Below, one piece after another: positions 26,060 through 40,688 of a stretch of DNA of 64,000 nucleotides. The position numbers and the translations under genes are program-made. The stretch comes from Octopus sinensis. Lineage: Eukaryota. The first letter of the stretch is position 1. Each line of letters begins with the position of its first letter. The stretch spans positions 121,024,001 to 121,088,000 of the forward strand of contig NC_043000.1 in assembly GCF_006345805.1 (NCBI RefSeq). The letters are read 5' to 3'. The notes under the pieces are model-generated. The model was not told where the DNA came from, made no database searches, and worked only from the letters and a program-made list of their open reading frames with translations.

Positions 26060-26400
26060 ATATCTAACAGGAGGGCACGGTTGGATTAAATGCCACTTCT
26101 AGCAAGTCTAATTAATGACTGCATAAATGCGTTTTTATTAAGAAGTATAGGCGTTAGGTATTCTTGAAGTCCAGGTCTTCCTGAATGAAACAATCTATAA
26201 GGCTTCTTAGCCAATGCGATATCTAAATCCCACCATACGCACAACATCGGTTTACGCGGATAAAGGTCTTGTTTCACGCGCGGTATCGCTTGTTTACCGG
26301 GGCTAAGCCATTCCTTACGCTGCTTCATATTGGTGTACAGGCAGCATTTTTGTCGCCAGTAACGATTCGGTAAAGAAATCGTTGCTAGTGTCCATGAGTT
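26060..26400 (-). pseudogene. Mariner transposase fragment
   Basis: With one frameshift: RFLYRIVTGD-x-(W)CLYTNMKQRKEWLSPGK…PRKPMLCVWWD, i.e. the first catalytic Asp region and the VWWD motif. Confidence 0.85.
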
Positions 26401-27163
26401 TAGCGGTGACGAGCAAGAGATTGTAGCTCGTTGATTTTTGTTGTGGTCATTTAAAGCATGCAGAATCCATGCTCCACACTTCTGAATCCATTCAGAAAGG
26501 TTTGGTCGACCCGAAGCTATACTAGAAAACACATGCGCAAGAGGTATCACACATAGGGACGATGTGCTTGGTAATCAAGCTTACTTTATGATTAAATTCT
26601 AAATGCATTCACTATTTTGTATACAGATGCGGGCACACAGGTGTTCACGTTTCAGTTTACATGCTAAATGTTTTTACTCCAATACTGCGGAGTAACGTGC
26701 AATATGAGGGAGAGAGGGATGCTATGTTTAAACAATGAGCGAGAACTTAAAAGCTCCTTTAGTGGCCAAATGTTTCAGTAGTACACTTTCTTATGTGTCA
26801 CATAAATTTTGTCTAGTACAGGTTTAACTCCAAAACATTTTTCAGCAAGAAGTGGTTACTTGTACCGAAGAGAAGCTTTTGCCTGTGTTTCTTTTATAAA
26901 ATTTCATTTAATATTCTCTAATTCCCCAATAAATGATATTCGCCTAAAGCACAAATTATTTCTAACCACAAGATTGATTCTTTCTCTTTTCTTGTATCCT
27001 CTTATTGTTTACTGAGTATACTTCTGCCAACACAAAGATTAATCCTCTCAGAGTCAATTAACTTAGCGGTAAATCCTAGGGCAATCTCTATATTCACATG
27101 CAGAGAGATATTTTACGTACGTTCACTAGAATTATATATATACATATACATACGTAAATATGA

Positions 27164-27215
<52 letters not shown>

Positions 27216-27384
27216 ATATATATATATATATATATATATACATACACACACAACTTGCGATGAAAGTAAATAAAGTTTGCTTTAGAAGCGTTGAGGTGTA
27301 TTGAAAGATACAGAAATGCATGATAATGCAAATACGATAGCATGAACAGGATAACTATCCATATATTGCAGAAAAAAATCGTTA

Positions 27385-28075
27385 CCGGCCAGCCATGGGG
27401 GACATCACTTTGGATTGAGTTTCCTCAGAAAGGACGCCATTGGCTGGAATTATACGACTTCTGTTTTTAAGGAGGTCATGCAGCAGCTTTCCTATTTTAC
27501 CAGCAATGCAAGTTGTCTCGTAGCTTATGACTTATCATGGCATGACTTACCTTAACAAATGCGTTTGTGAAGTCAAGGTATATCTCACTGACTAACATCG
27601 GAATGGTGAAGCAGCTCTTTCAGAATTCAGTCATAGTGCTGTAGGCGCTATGTGAGGCAGCTCCTTCCTGGACGGAAGCCATGCTGCGTATTGTTCAGTA
27701 GGTCATTTTCTTTTGGGAACTTCTTTTTGTTGCTTCACTCTATGACTTTATGATATGCGAAGTCAGAGAGATTGGCCTGTAGTTTTTGGTCTCTGGTCTG
27801 CTTCCACCTTTGTGGAAAGGGCATATAATGTCTTCTTTTAACTTTTTAGGGAGCATACCGCTTGCAAGGAACTTTGGGAAAATTATCTGAAGTGGTTTCG
27901 CTAAAGTCTGCTTACATGACTTTAGGAGAATAGCTGGGAAGCCATCAGGACCAGTGGCCGAACATGAGCTCATTTCATCTATGGCCGCTTTTACATCTGT
28001 TTCCTCAATGTTTTTTAGAGCCGCAATATCAAAAAATTCAGCCGGATTTTTCTTGCATGTGTCGAATGGGGGAAG
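27385..28075 (-). mobile_element. CR1-group LINE reverse transcriptase fragment, decayed
   Basis: TGPDGFPAILLK…KNYRPISLTS…QHGFRPGRSCLT…IYLDF…DVPHG, with stops and frameshifts. Confidence 0.85.
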
Positions 28076-28674
28076 TGAAGACGCTTTTATTTGTATGTAT
28101 ACATTGATACATAGATATCTACATCCATATGTCCACACAGACAGACACAAACACAGAGAGACAGGCACACACAGACACACACACACATACATACACACTC
28201 ACATATGCATGCATGGTTATATAAGTGTGTGTAAGCAGAATGAGATAGAGACTGCGGGAAGGGAGTGCAGAAAGGTTTTGTGAGAGGAATAAATTGTTGA
28301 ACGAGATGAAAAAAGAAATTTGCACGTCAATAAAAAAAACAAACTATGCAGACAGATTCAAGAACGTAGACAGGTACTGTGTGTCTGTATGTATATATGC
28401 ATACATACATGCATTCATACATACACACATATATACATGCGTATATATGTGTGGATGTGTTTCTGTGCGCGTGTGTTCGTGCGTGTTGTGTTTTGGCTTC
28501 ATGTATTTTGCATCAGCCATGATTATTTCTCTTATTGCAGTTGTTGTATCTGTTCATCATTATCATCATCATGTTTCCTTCTTTAGCATTCATCCCCTCT
28601 GTCAGTCTGTCTGTCTCTCTCTTTCTCTACACATAGATATGAACATATAGAGATACACAGGCACATACGATATG

Positions 28675-28730
<56 letters not shown>

Positions 28731-30024
28731 CGAATATATTGATACATTCATATTTTATACGTACACTCATATATATGAATATATATGATACACATATATG
28801 TATACATACATATATACATACTTATATATATATATTGATACATCCCTATTTCATACGCACATATATATAAATATATATATACGCATATATATATTCATAC
28901 ATATATATATATATATATAATATATATATATATTCATATATATATATATAGATAGATAGATATATATGTATGTATGTATTCATACATACACACACATACA
29001 TATATATACGTAAATATGCAAGTGTGTATTATGTCTATATATATGTACATACGCATATATATATATTAATTTACGCGCGCGTGTGTGTGTGTGTTTGTGC
29101 AGTATTTGTGAGTAAACATGAGAAAGATCTTGACAGAACTGGACTGAAAGAGGAACGCATAAGAGTAAATAGACTATTAAAAATAACTCGTTATTTTACC
29201 GTTGTGATTTTATGAATCTTTTTTAATACATAATTTCTACAGAAGATTTCATGTATTTTCCAGGGAATTGCTTAGTTTGACAGGTATTCTCTTGGTCTCT
29301 GACTAAACAGTTATATCCTATCTATCAATCAATGCCAACAACATGTTTATATACTTGCCCATAAAGCATACATAGCGAAGTTTCTTAACTTGTATCTTCA
29401 AATTTATTCCCCATCACATCATTTTATGTTCGCCTTAGCCTCCCTCAATCCTGTCTCCATTGCTCGCTTCTCGTTTTCATCACATCTCTCATTCTTTTCC
29501 TTACATTTCGTTTTGCCTTTTGCTCTCTTTGTGTTGTTCTTCGCCTTAGTTACATTCGTTCTTTCTGTCTCTTTCTTCTATTTCTTCCTTTCCATGTGTC
29601 TGATCTTCTTTTCTCGCATGTTTTTGTTCTTGTGTTTTCTGTTTTCTTTCCCTTCTTATTTTTGTTAGATTATTCCTCTTATATGAGAAAAAAACATGAT
29701 GACCCAACCCACTCTTCTACCAAAACCTCCACCAAACACATCTTTATGTGTTGGTACAAAACAAAATTACCCCTGTTACTATTGCTTTTAATTATATTAT
29801 ATTTTATCCCTGCTGCTATTATCGTAGTTTTCTATCAAAGAAGATCATGTGGTTTAGTTTCGATTCTAAGGTGAACAAAACCACATTCGTAATTATTACT
29901 ATATCATTGAAAAAATCCATTATATAAACGTTCACACGCCACAAATGATTTTGCGTGCCTATCTCATTACTATCCACCACGCATTCGTCGGATTTGTGAT
30001 GAAATCTGTCACATTCTAGATATA

Positions 30025-30667
30025 CGAGGGGCCATTGAAAAGTTCCTGGTTTTGGGTTAAAGAAAATACAGAAGGTTCGGTTAATCATGATTTTATTCAA
30101 CATGTAGGCGTAGGAGTGGCTGTGTGGTAAATAGCTTGCTTACTAACTACATGGTTCCGGGTTCAGTTCCACTGCCTGGCACCTTGGGCTAGTGTCTTCT
30201 ACTATAGCCTCGGGCCAATCAAAGCCAGGTGAGTGGATTTGATAGACGGAAACTAAAAGAAGCCCGTCGTATATATATATATATATATATATATATGTGG
30301 GTGTGAATATGTTTGTGTGTCTGTGTTTGTCCCCATAACATCACTTGCCAACCGATTCTGGTGTGTTTGCGTCCCCGTAACTTAGCGGTTCGGCAAAAGA
30401 GGCCGGTAGAATAAGTACTAGGATTACAAAGACTAAGTCATGGGGTCGATGTGCTCGACTAAAGGCGGTGCTCCGGCATGACCAGAGTCAAATGACTGAA
30501 ACAAGTAAAAGAGAAAGAGAGAGAAAGAGATGTACTCTTTCCAGATTGACGCACATATTGCAGCGGCCCTTCTGTTTTTCCAAGCCCTGTAAATGCTCTG
30601 AAGGTTGGGTCTCCAACTAGGCCTTTCGCGTCACCCTTAAAGCCAAGAAATGTTCAGCAACCTCTCG
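30025..30667 (-). mobile_element. Internally deleted mariner (MITE) with TA TSD and nested SINE A
   Basis: TA-CGAGGGGCCATTGAAAAGTTCCTGG at left, imperfect inverted copy ending …CCTCTCG-TA at right. The transposase C-terminal relic RCNMCVNLERVHVE* is split by the SINE. Confidence 0.75.
30107..30529 (+). mobile_element. SINE A, full length, 5-bp TSD ATGTA
   Basis: ATGTA at 30102-30106 and 30530-30534. Confidence 0.9.
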
Positions 30668-31389
30668 TATATGTGTTGTCTAGAATGCCTACCTGTATAT
30701 GTATTAATACACGTCTGTGTGTGTATGTGTATGTGTGTGTGTGTGTGTGTATGACCACCCTGTCTCGCACACCCTCTCTCTCTCTCTGCATGCATATGTT
30801 TGCGTGCAAATTATTTATGTGTACACGCGTTTGTTCTATTTTCAGTCTTCTATAATTTGGTTTACGTATGAATAATTCTTTTTAGAAAATAACAACAAAT
30901 GTAGTTTTACACCTATACACCCCCACGTTCAAACACACACACACACAAACACACAAACACATATAAACAATCACCTGCACCAACACACATGATATATACA
31001 CAAATAACAACAAAAAAAAAAAACATTGTTGACGAACTAAAAACAAAAGAATATGTCGCTGTAACAGCAGATGAGCAGACAAGGTAAACAGATAATAAAA
31101 AGTGTTTAAATATTCTGGCATACACAAAGAATTAGTGATAAGACATTTTTATGATTTAACGACAAACTATCATTCGGTTTGGTCGTACGTTCCGCTTATT
31201 ATCGCTTCTTCTGACAAGTCCATGTAATAAATATAAGCATATATTTTTATGTTCTTTCGCTCTACCATATTAGAAAACAATTGCGTGACGCTAAAATTTT
31301 TATAGACGGAAGAACAAACAACCGAGATAAACCTAATAAATAAGGATACCGACACAGACATGTACATACATGTGCATAAAATTGGCCGT

Positions 31390-31397
31390 GCACCCAC

Positions 31398-31459
<62 letters not shown>

Positions 31460-31482
31460 GGAGGCATATACGTGTATAATTC

Positions 31483-31528
<46 letters not shown>

Positions 31529-31587
31529 ATCTATCTATCTATCTATCCATCTATCTATCTATCTACCTATCTATCTGCATATATATG

Positions 31588-31620
<33 letters not shown>
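31390..31620. repeat. (TA)n, (TATC)n and (TG)n microsatellites
   Basis: Seen directly in the sequence. Confidence 0.9.
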
Positions 31621-31626
<6 letters not shown>

Positions 31627-31810
31627 TATTCGAAAGCGGCAGAAATATAACAAAAGCTGTTAATCAGATTTTCATGTTCCCGTTTGTCGGACAGTTTTGT
31701 TAAAATACATCAGAAATAGAAAAAACGATATGATCAAAACTAGTTAAAGAATACACCTTTAAAAATGGATTTATTTCATTTGTCCTTTCAAACGATATTA
31801 AGTATGCAAT

Positions 31811-32045
31811 AAGGCAGCGAGCTGGCAGAACCGTTAGCACGCCGGGCGAAATGCGTAGCCGTATTTCGTCTGCCGTTACGTTCTGAGTTCAAATTCCGCC
31901 GAGGTCGACTTTGCCTTTCATCCTTTCGGGGTCGATTAAGTAAGTACCAGTTACGCACTGGGGTCGATATAATCGATTTAATCCATTTGTGTGTCCTTGT
32001 CTATCCCTTCTATGTTTAGCCCCTTGTGGGCAATAAAGAAACAGA
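31811..32045 (+). mobile_element. SINE B monomer, full length
   Basis: Head AAGGCAGCGAGCTGGCAGAA through tail GGGCAATAAAGAAA. Confidence 0.9.
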
Positions 32046-32299
32046 TATTAAGTATGTAAAGGACAACATAAAAAAAAATAAATCCAATATAAATACATCT
32101 TATTATAAAAATCGAGGAAAACCTTAAGTCGAACAGTGGATTCGAAATACATATTGTAAATAATTATATACGAAATATAATTCAATTTATACATTAAAAT
32201 TAAAATTAAAATTTTCACGCTGCATTTCATAAATATTTTACAACAGTATATACGCATACTAGACCATCTATAATATACATATATACATCAAAATACATA

Positions 32300-32695
32300 G
32301 GCGCAGGAGTGGCTGTGTGGTAAGTAGCTTGTTTACCAACCACATGGTTCCGGGTTCAGTCCCACTGCGTGGCACCTTGGACAGGTGTCTTGTACTGTAG
32401 CCTCGGGCCAACCAAAGCCTTGTGCGTGGATTTGGTAGACGGAAACTGAAAGAAGCCCGTCGTATATATATGTATATATATGTATGTGCGTGTATGTTTG
32501 TGTGTCTGTGTTTGTCCCCCTTGCATTGCTTGACAACCGATGGTGGTGTGTTTATGTCCCCGTCACTTAGCGGTTCAGCAAAAGAGACTGGAATTACAAA
32601 GAATAAGTCCTGGGGTCGAGTTGCTCGATTAAAGGCGGTGCACCAGCATGGCCGCAGTCAAAATGACTGAAACAAGTAAAAACAGAAAGAGATAG
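32300..32695 (+). mobile_element. SINE A, full length
   Basis: Starts GGCGCAGGAGTGGCTGTGTGG; box B-like GGTTCAGTCCC; intact tail. Confidence 0.9.
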
Positions 32696-33088
32696 AAAGA
32701 GAGGTGGATGTACACAGACTACATATATACACACATATATATGTAAGACATAAATATACGCACATATACACATGTACATATATGTACGCAATTATGCCTG
32801 CATGCGAAAATCACTTGGTGTATACATATAGAAGTTATAACAGACAAGTCAGATGAGAAGTAAATTTTGAAACGCAGGGAGGGGGAAGAAGAAGGAAAGG
32901 AAGGATCTTAAATGTAACAGTTATGTTTAAGATTTTACATAAAAACTGTCCGAAGAACGGGAACGTGATTAACAGTTTATATGATATTTCGATATTTCTG
33001 CAGCTCTTTAACAAAGCATATTACTCTACCTCTGGTATTCGAGTACTATTTCTTCCATCTTGTCTTGCATTTATGTGCTTACTCCGAT

Positions 33089-33165
<77 letters not shown>

Positions 33166-33189
33166 ATATATAGTAGCTACTTTCTCGTA

Positions 33190-33400
33190 AAAGAGCAAAG
33201 CCATGGAATGTGAGGCCCTTGCATGACTCTTGATCTGGTCAAAGATTTGCACATTCTATTGTATAATACACATCTGTATTGGCTGGCAGAGGGAACAAGT
33301 GCCACAGTATGAATTCTTTTCATATGCCTTTTTGATCCTCCAACTGAAAAGCACACCTTTCCAAAGGTTGCACATGTTCTGTTGTAAACAATAACCACAT
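33190..33400 (-). pseudogene. Relic of two C2H2-type zinc fingers (probably a LINE 3' end)
   Basis: TCATFGKVCFSVGGSKRHMKRIH, then YRCVLYNRMCKS…(frameshift)KSHAR; the second Cys is lost in each finger. Confidence 0.3.
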
Positions 33401-34308
33401 CACAAATTACAGTAGGTTGATAAACATATAAATTTCAAACTTACACACAAAATTATGGTCGTCAACATCTATTCTTTATATGTTAACAATTGACTTTAGC
33501 GGTATTATTCCAAACCATTCTCTCCAACCTGTTATTTCGTTCATCTCTGAGTTCTTTTTATGAACAAAATCTCTTGCTCCTCGGCACTTGTACGTGATTG
33601 CTTAAGTTTTCATGTCCACTGAAATCCTAAAACTCTCTTGCTGACTTAGACCATATGAATATAGAAATAAAAGAATATGAGAATATGTGATTCATTTCGA
33701 AACATTTCAACAGTTATGGAGAGTAATGTAGTGAACGAGCTGTTTTTGTAATTCTCAATCCCCACCACTTTTACTGGAGCGATTCTTCGTGGTTCTTATT
33801 ACACACTAATGTTCTTTGACCTTCCGCAAAGCAATTGGGTTGCCTTTTACCTCAGTTAATTCTATGACCATACATGACAGGACAAAACACCCTGCTTGTT
33901 CACTAAATCACTTATTACAGCCAATCGGTAATCTTCTTGCTCAAAGCTATCATGTAACGATTATCTATTACACCAGAGAGGATTTAGAATCTCATTGTGT
34001 CTTATTGCGGTACAACGCATCGAAACAAGATTTTCTCTACTTTAATTACTTAGCTGCTCAGAAATCTATCGACATGCACCCATATGTTAACAATATAATG
34101 CTTCACTTCCCTCAACCATTGTCCTATTATGTAACTGTCTGTCTGTTTGTGGCTGTCTTTTCTCTCCCTCTCTCTCTGTCCTTTTCTCTCTTTCTCTCAT
34201 GCCCCCCACACACACAGCATGCACACACATGCGCATACACCGATATACGTAATTGTTCGAAATTTTAGTAAAAGACAAAATCTTTGTTTTTTTATAATTT
34301 TTGTGATA

Positions 34309-34471
34309 GGCGTAGGAGTGGCTGTATGGTAAGTAGCTGGCTTACCAACAACATGGTTCCGGGTTCAGTCCCACTGCATGGCACCTTGGGCAAATATCTT
34401 CTACTATAGATTCGGGCCGACCAAAGCCTTGTGAGTGGATTTGGTAGACCGAAACTGGGAGAAGCCCGTCG

Positions 34472-34511
<40 letters not shown>

Positions 34512-34740
34512 ATATAGTGTGTGTATATGTTTGTGTGTCTGTGTTTGTCACCCCCAACATCGCTTGACAACCGCTGCTGGTGTGTTTGCGTCCCCGTAAC
34601 CTAGCGGTTTGGCAAAAGAGACCGATAGAATAAGTACTAGGCTTACAAAGAGTAAGTCTTCGGTTTGATTTCCTCGACTAAAGGCGGTGCTCTAGCATGG
34701 CCGCAGTCAAATGATTGTAACAACTAAAAGAGTAAAAGAA
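34309..34740 (+). mobile_element. SINE A, full length
   Basis: Matches the family consensus seen in the other copies. Confidence 0.9.
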
Positions 34741-35240
34741 TAAAAGCAGTTAATTGACTACAATGACACCAGTGTTCAATCGCTAATTATTTTATAGACC
34801 CATAAAGTATAACATGCAAAATCGACCTCGATGAATTTTGAACTCAGAACGTTACATACCAGTATAAATATTGCTAAGTATTTTACCCGCCCAGCTAATG
34901 ATTCTGTCATATAACCACCTTCGTACACACACTCGCATATAAGTACATACATGCACATAAGTGTATACATGCATACACACACACACGCACATACACACAT
35001 ATATTTGCATATCAAGTCTGCATCTTGCAGGACGCTGTTGGTTGTTCATCTACTAGTATGAATACTCTTAGTTTTTTTCTACCATAGGCACAAGGCCTGG
35101 AATATTCGGGGAATGATGTTTGTCGATCACATCGACCCAATTTCATGACTGGTGCTTATTTCATCGATCCCGAAAGGATGAAAGGCAAAGCGCATATCGG
35201 TGGAATTTAATATACCGAAAAGTGTACCGTATTGGAATAT

Positions 35241-35573
35241 GGTGAAGTCCCATGGCTCAGTAGTTAGAGATTACGATCGTGAGGTTGTGACTTCGAATCC
35301 CGGACCGGGTTGCGTGTTGTGTTCTTGAGCAAGACATCTTATTTCACGTTGCTCCAGTTCACTCAGCTGTAGAAATGAGTTGCGGTGTCACAGGTGCCAA
35401 ACTGGATCGGCCTTTGCCTTTCCCTTTGATAACATCGGTGGCGTGGAGATGGGAGGCTGGTATTTATGGGCAAGTGCTGGTCTTCCGTAAACAACCTTGC
35501 CCGGACTTGTGCCTCGGAGGGTAAGTTCCTAGGTGCAATCCCATGGTCAGTCATGACCGAAGTGGATCTCAGC
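35241..35573 (+). mobile_element. Family D SINE, tail 3, with TSD ATTGGAATAT(G)
   Basis: TSD at 35231-35241 and 35574-35584; shared head and core, distinct tail. Confidence 0.85.
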
Positions 35574-37538
35574 ATTGGAATATGAATCTCATACATGGGA
35601 GGGCAAAATGGATACTCATTGATTCCGACGATGAGAATTCATTTGAGTCGGCAACTCAAATGCATACCCATTGAATAATTTTTGCAATTGACTGGGTATT
35701 CTAGGGATCCATGTACCATTGATAAACTGTCCGGCAGAATCAGCATAGTATAGTGTGTGACAAGACTCTCTTTGAATTACGGGTACATCTAAGATTTGAC
35801 ACAGTTGCCACCCACCCTATTTCATGACTCAACAATCTTCGATTGACCGAGAAAAAAAAAGAGCTGACACATTATAACGCCAAAAATCAAACTCGGTGTG
35901 CGAAAAGACTTGGTCTGTGTACATACAAACATCTGTTGTTGTTGTTGTTAAGCAACAAGACAGGTAAGGGTGATTAGGTGATGGTCTATGGCTTAGGGGC
36001 GGGAGACCCCAGACCTTGGAAAGAAAAAAAGAAGAATAACTTTGGTCGTCTCGTTGACGCCCGACACCACTGGGAGGTGGCCCTCGAATCGCTGCCAGGT
36101 CCAATTTCTTGAGCGGCATACAAACACCTTCACTTCCTTAAGTACGAAAGATATTGAAAAAAGAAACAAAAGAACTAATACAAAGGTCATACACACTACA
36201 GTAATACCTTTACTGCTCCAAGTCTTTCCCACTAGTACAACACTCTTATAAATATCTGAAAATTTTCAACTCCGAAAGTACACACAACTTCTATAACCAC
36301 GCATCTGAAGTCATTCCTACAAAGTCTCATTATTCAGGCTCATTATCCGTAAATGATCAGTCTCATTCGGTGTCTTTATCCGTAAACACACATTTCTTTC
36401 CTTATTTAGCATCGTTATTTAGCAAAAATTATTTTGCTATTTTACCGTCAAGCTCGACTGAACATCATCTTCATCGTCTTCAACAAGAAATTGAAATAAC
36501 TTGTTTCAAAAGAAGTTCCGATTTACTTCAATCGTTTATAGAATAGCATAATAGTGTATATGCATGCATATATGTGTGCACGGGTGTAAATGTATACATG
36601 ACATTTCAACATAATGTTAGGCTTTAGAAGCCATTAAGGTGGTTTAATCTATGGAAATAGAAGCCAGATCTTCATCAAAATCGTGTTAGTTTATTACAAG
36701 AGAATGCTCATGAAATATTGTAGTCATAGATATATTATGTAAGAACAAAATCTCTATAGTCATGACCGGGGACTGTTTGTATCATAGTCAGACTGGATTA
36801 TGGTAGACATGTAGCGAGGGCAACAATAATAAGATCTCCGACCTTCGTTTTGTGAGAAAACTCACAACTAGACTCTAAGATGAAAAATCTTATCTTTTTA
36901 AACCTTGTGACATGTTCCCTACGTAATGTAAAGCGTTAATTCTCGATAACAATTAATTTAGACATCAGGTCGTAAAGTTGTACAGCTTAAGTTCATCTGA
37001 GACAATAAATAAATAATTGTTTCTGCGGCATCAATTTGCAGGGGTATTCCCAAAGTGAGAAATAATATCGACCAAAGACAGAAAAGAAAATTGAAAAAAA
37101 ATTCCGTGTTGAGAAAAATAAAAAAAAAACACTAGGGAGTTGAATTTGTCAAGTTTGGTTAGTGCAGTGTTCCTCACAAACATTAATTCCTGTCACCCTG
37201 CTCAAAATACCTTTTATGTTCTACATTTCTAGTTATTGGACTGCAGCTATAAAGGATCACAGCATTGTCACGTTTAGTCGAAACACATGCGCGCGCACGA
37301 ATGACGGGCTTCCACACGGTCTTCATTTGCCAAATTCATTTACAATCCAATGGTCTGCTTCTGGCTATATCAGAAGACATTTTCTCAAGATCCGGCAGTA
37401 TGGAACTCTATTGGAAACGGTGTAGTTCCAAAGCAAGCTTCTTAAACCCGAGACATACAGACACACAGCACATATAAAACAAAAACGCTCACTTACAAGT
37501 ATGCAAACATACAAATATATATGTGCGTGTGTGCATAT

Positions 37539-37589
<51 letters not shown>

Positions 37590-38344
37590 ATCCATGTGTG
37601 TGTGTATATATATATATATGTGTGTGTGTATATATATATATCCATTTTTGTGTGTATATATATATGTGTGAGTTTGTGTCTGTATATATACGTGTGTGTG
37701 TGTGTATGTGTGTGTGCGTGTAGATACGTATGGGTGAGTTGGCCTGGGTTTAATTCAAAGTTTTGTATCAAATACAAATCTGATAGATTTGGAAACCAAG
37801 CAATCGGAATAATTGAGCATCATTTTTTTCTATTGAATTTCCGGTGACAAAAGCCTTTTGTCATTACGCAGAGAAAGAGAGGGGGTAGAGGGGAGACATA
37901 AAGAAAGTGAGAAAGAGAGTGAGAGAGACAGACAGGGAAGATGTGGAGTTAGGTAGTCGTAGAAAGAAATAATGAAATGGGCCGATAGGTACTTCAACCG
38001 ACGGACTCTAATTGAGAAAATTTATGTTCAACTACGTAACGTACTGCGAGAGCACCGCGTCAGATCTTGTTGCCAATCAGACAAGCTGACGGATAAACAA
38101 TAAGCTTTGTTGTGTTTGTGGGACAAAAACTCACCATTTGTTTAAACATGTCAGGCACGATCCAGATTTTAATTTACTACATTATCTCTCTATCATTTCA
38201 TAGACAATCATATTCTAAAGAATTGATAATTTCTTTTAGTTACTTCATAATGAATAAAAAAAAAATTATCGGCAAATTTTAACAAGCTTCAAAAAAGGAG
38301 GAGATTACTTGGACGAATTAATTTTTGTAATTTCTATAAAATTA

Positions 38345-38760
38345 GGCGTAGGAGTGGCTGTGTGGTGGGTAGCTTGCTTACTAATCACATGGTTCCGGGT
38401 TCAGTCCCAATGCGTGGCACCTTGGGCAAGTGTCTTCTGCCATAACCTCGGGCCGACCAAAGCCTTGTGAGTGGATTTGGTAGACGGAAACTGCAAGAAT
38501 CCCGTCGTATATATGTATATATAGGTATATGTATGTGTGTATGTATATGTTTGTGTCTGTGTTTGTCCCCCCAACATAGCTTGACAACCGATGCTAGTGT
38601 GTTCCCGTCCCCGTAACTTAGCAGTTCGGCAAAAGAGTCTGATAGAATAAGTAGTAGGCTTACAAAGAATAAGTCATGGGGTCGATTTGCTCGACTAAAG
38701 GCGGTGCTCCATCATGGCCACTGTCAAATTACTGAATCAAGTAAAAGAGTAAAGAGAGTA
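38345..38760 (+). mobile_element. SINE A, full length
   Basis: Matches the family consensus. Confidence 0.9.
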
Positions 38761-38907
38761 ATTCTTTTTTCGGTAAAATACTGTTTTCGCTGTGTATCGC
38801 ACGACGATTCCAAATAAGAATTATTTCGTGCAATATATAATGGAATGCGACTAGAAATGCTAAGTTGTTTGCAATGAGTGAGAGGGCAAAAACTGAATAT
38901 TATATTC

Positions 38908-39130
38908 TTATTTCTTTATTGCCCACAAGGGGCTAAACATAGAGGGGACAAACGAGGACAGACAAAGGGATTAAGTCGATTACATCGACTCCAGTTCGTA
39001 ACTGGTACTTAATTTATCGACTCCGAAAGGATGAAAGGCAAAGTCGACGTCGGCGGAATTTGAACTCAGAACGTAACGGCAGACGAAATACCAGTCCGGC
39101 ATGCTAACCATTCTGCTAGCTCACTGCCTT
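38908..39130 (-). mobile_element. SINE B monomer
   Basis: Reverse complement of the 31811 copy with a small deletion in the head. Confidence 0.9.
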
Positions 39131-40435
39131 ATTGAATATTATATTCTGTGTATCTTCTTCGTTGCTGTTCGATTTAGAATTCTAATTTCTAATCCTGATT
39201 TAAAAATGATTATCTCCCTTAGAATAGCTAACCTCTAGTGATTGCTTTCTCTCGTATGGTTAACTACAAGAAAATATCAATACCTCACCTATATACCTCA
39301 CCAGGTGGTGCTATTAAGTTAGACATGGCCTGGGCCAATAATGGCCGAAACCTATCAAACGTGTCAAACGTATATATAACACGCATAACATGAAGTCACT
39401 GATATTTACAATCTGATTTGCCGATGCAGCCACATGCAGACACTTATGCCCTTAAGAGAAGTCAAGACATCCATACCCAGTCGCATACAAATTATAGGAT
39501 TGCTGAGGGATCATAAAACTGTAGTTAACAACCATGGTTTCGGTATAAATTCCTACTATGCAATTTGCGTATATTTCTCCTTGCTTAAATTATTTCTTAG
39601 GAAAGATAATGCTGCAATGTCTAATCTCCATATATTTCGCCTCAGAAATAAAATCTGTCACTTTGGCTTCTAATATTTATCAGATTATCACTACTGACTG
39701 AAATTACGACACGATTAACAATTAATTGTCAGGCTGTTAATCTTTGTTTCGATGACGATAATATTGTTTAATATTGTTATCAATTAGTTTAATATTGTAT
39801 CAATTAGTTTTCTTTTCGATCCTTATTAGGTGTTATATTCATGTATGACGCACAAGGTAGTAGACTAGATTCGAATCAGGAGCAGCTATTGCTATGTTGC
39901 TCCAGTATGGGCACAGCTCGTAAGCTGAAATATGCAAAAGATCAATAGAGTCACCTTCAAGCCTAGAGGCGATTGATGAGAGCATTTATACAGAATTTCT
40001 AGAAAATTAATCTGAGAGTACTAGATACCCTTCTGAATGGATTGCCAGTTGCGTTTGAAACCCAAGTACAATGGGCACACAATAGTTTGACCATATCAAC
40101 TGCAGTAACGGGGAATGAAGTTCCCAAGACACATCGTCTGTTCTCAGCGTCCCATGACATAAAGTTATTGAACCGAAGACCTTAGCAAAGAGGTCACGGT
40201 TCATATATTTCTTTCTTTACTAAAGGTATTGAATTTTACGTCCTTCAAATCCAAGATGTAAATTGACGAAGAGTGATCAAGCATATTGGATCATAGTATA
40301 GATGTCATTATGAAGCGATTCCGTCTCTGAATACGAGATTAATAATTCTAAGATATTTTAATCCTATTAGCGGTAATTCTTCAAATATGTTTAGACGTTT
40401 TAAACTTTTAACATTGTGATCTTAATATAGCAGTA

Positions 40436-40688
40436 AATGGGTTGGTGCATAATTATTGCGGCTTTTTTCAACACATATTATTCAACAAAAACAATAACAT
40501 CATGTAACAAAAACATCTGTAAATGATTATTCCGGAGCATATTCACCATCTACTTCAATTACTGCTTCCCATTTGCTTGGCAGACGGTCAAACTGTCAAT
40601 TAGAGATGCTTTTGCTAAATATTGTTATTGTTTTTGTTGAATAAAATTTATAGAAAATAAGCCGCAATATTTATGCACCAACCCAATA
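40436..40688 (-). mobile_element. Mariner-derived MITE
   Basis: TIRs GGGTTGGTGCATAATTATTGCGGC and GCCGCAATATTTATGCACCAACCC; transposase C-terminal relic DRLPSKWEAVIEVDGEYAPE* on the minus strand. Confidence 0.85.

Noticed and set aside
33816-34268. 150-aa ORF
   Set aside because: No recognisable domain, non-ATG start, and the last third is (CT)/(CA) microsatellite; not supportable as a gene.
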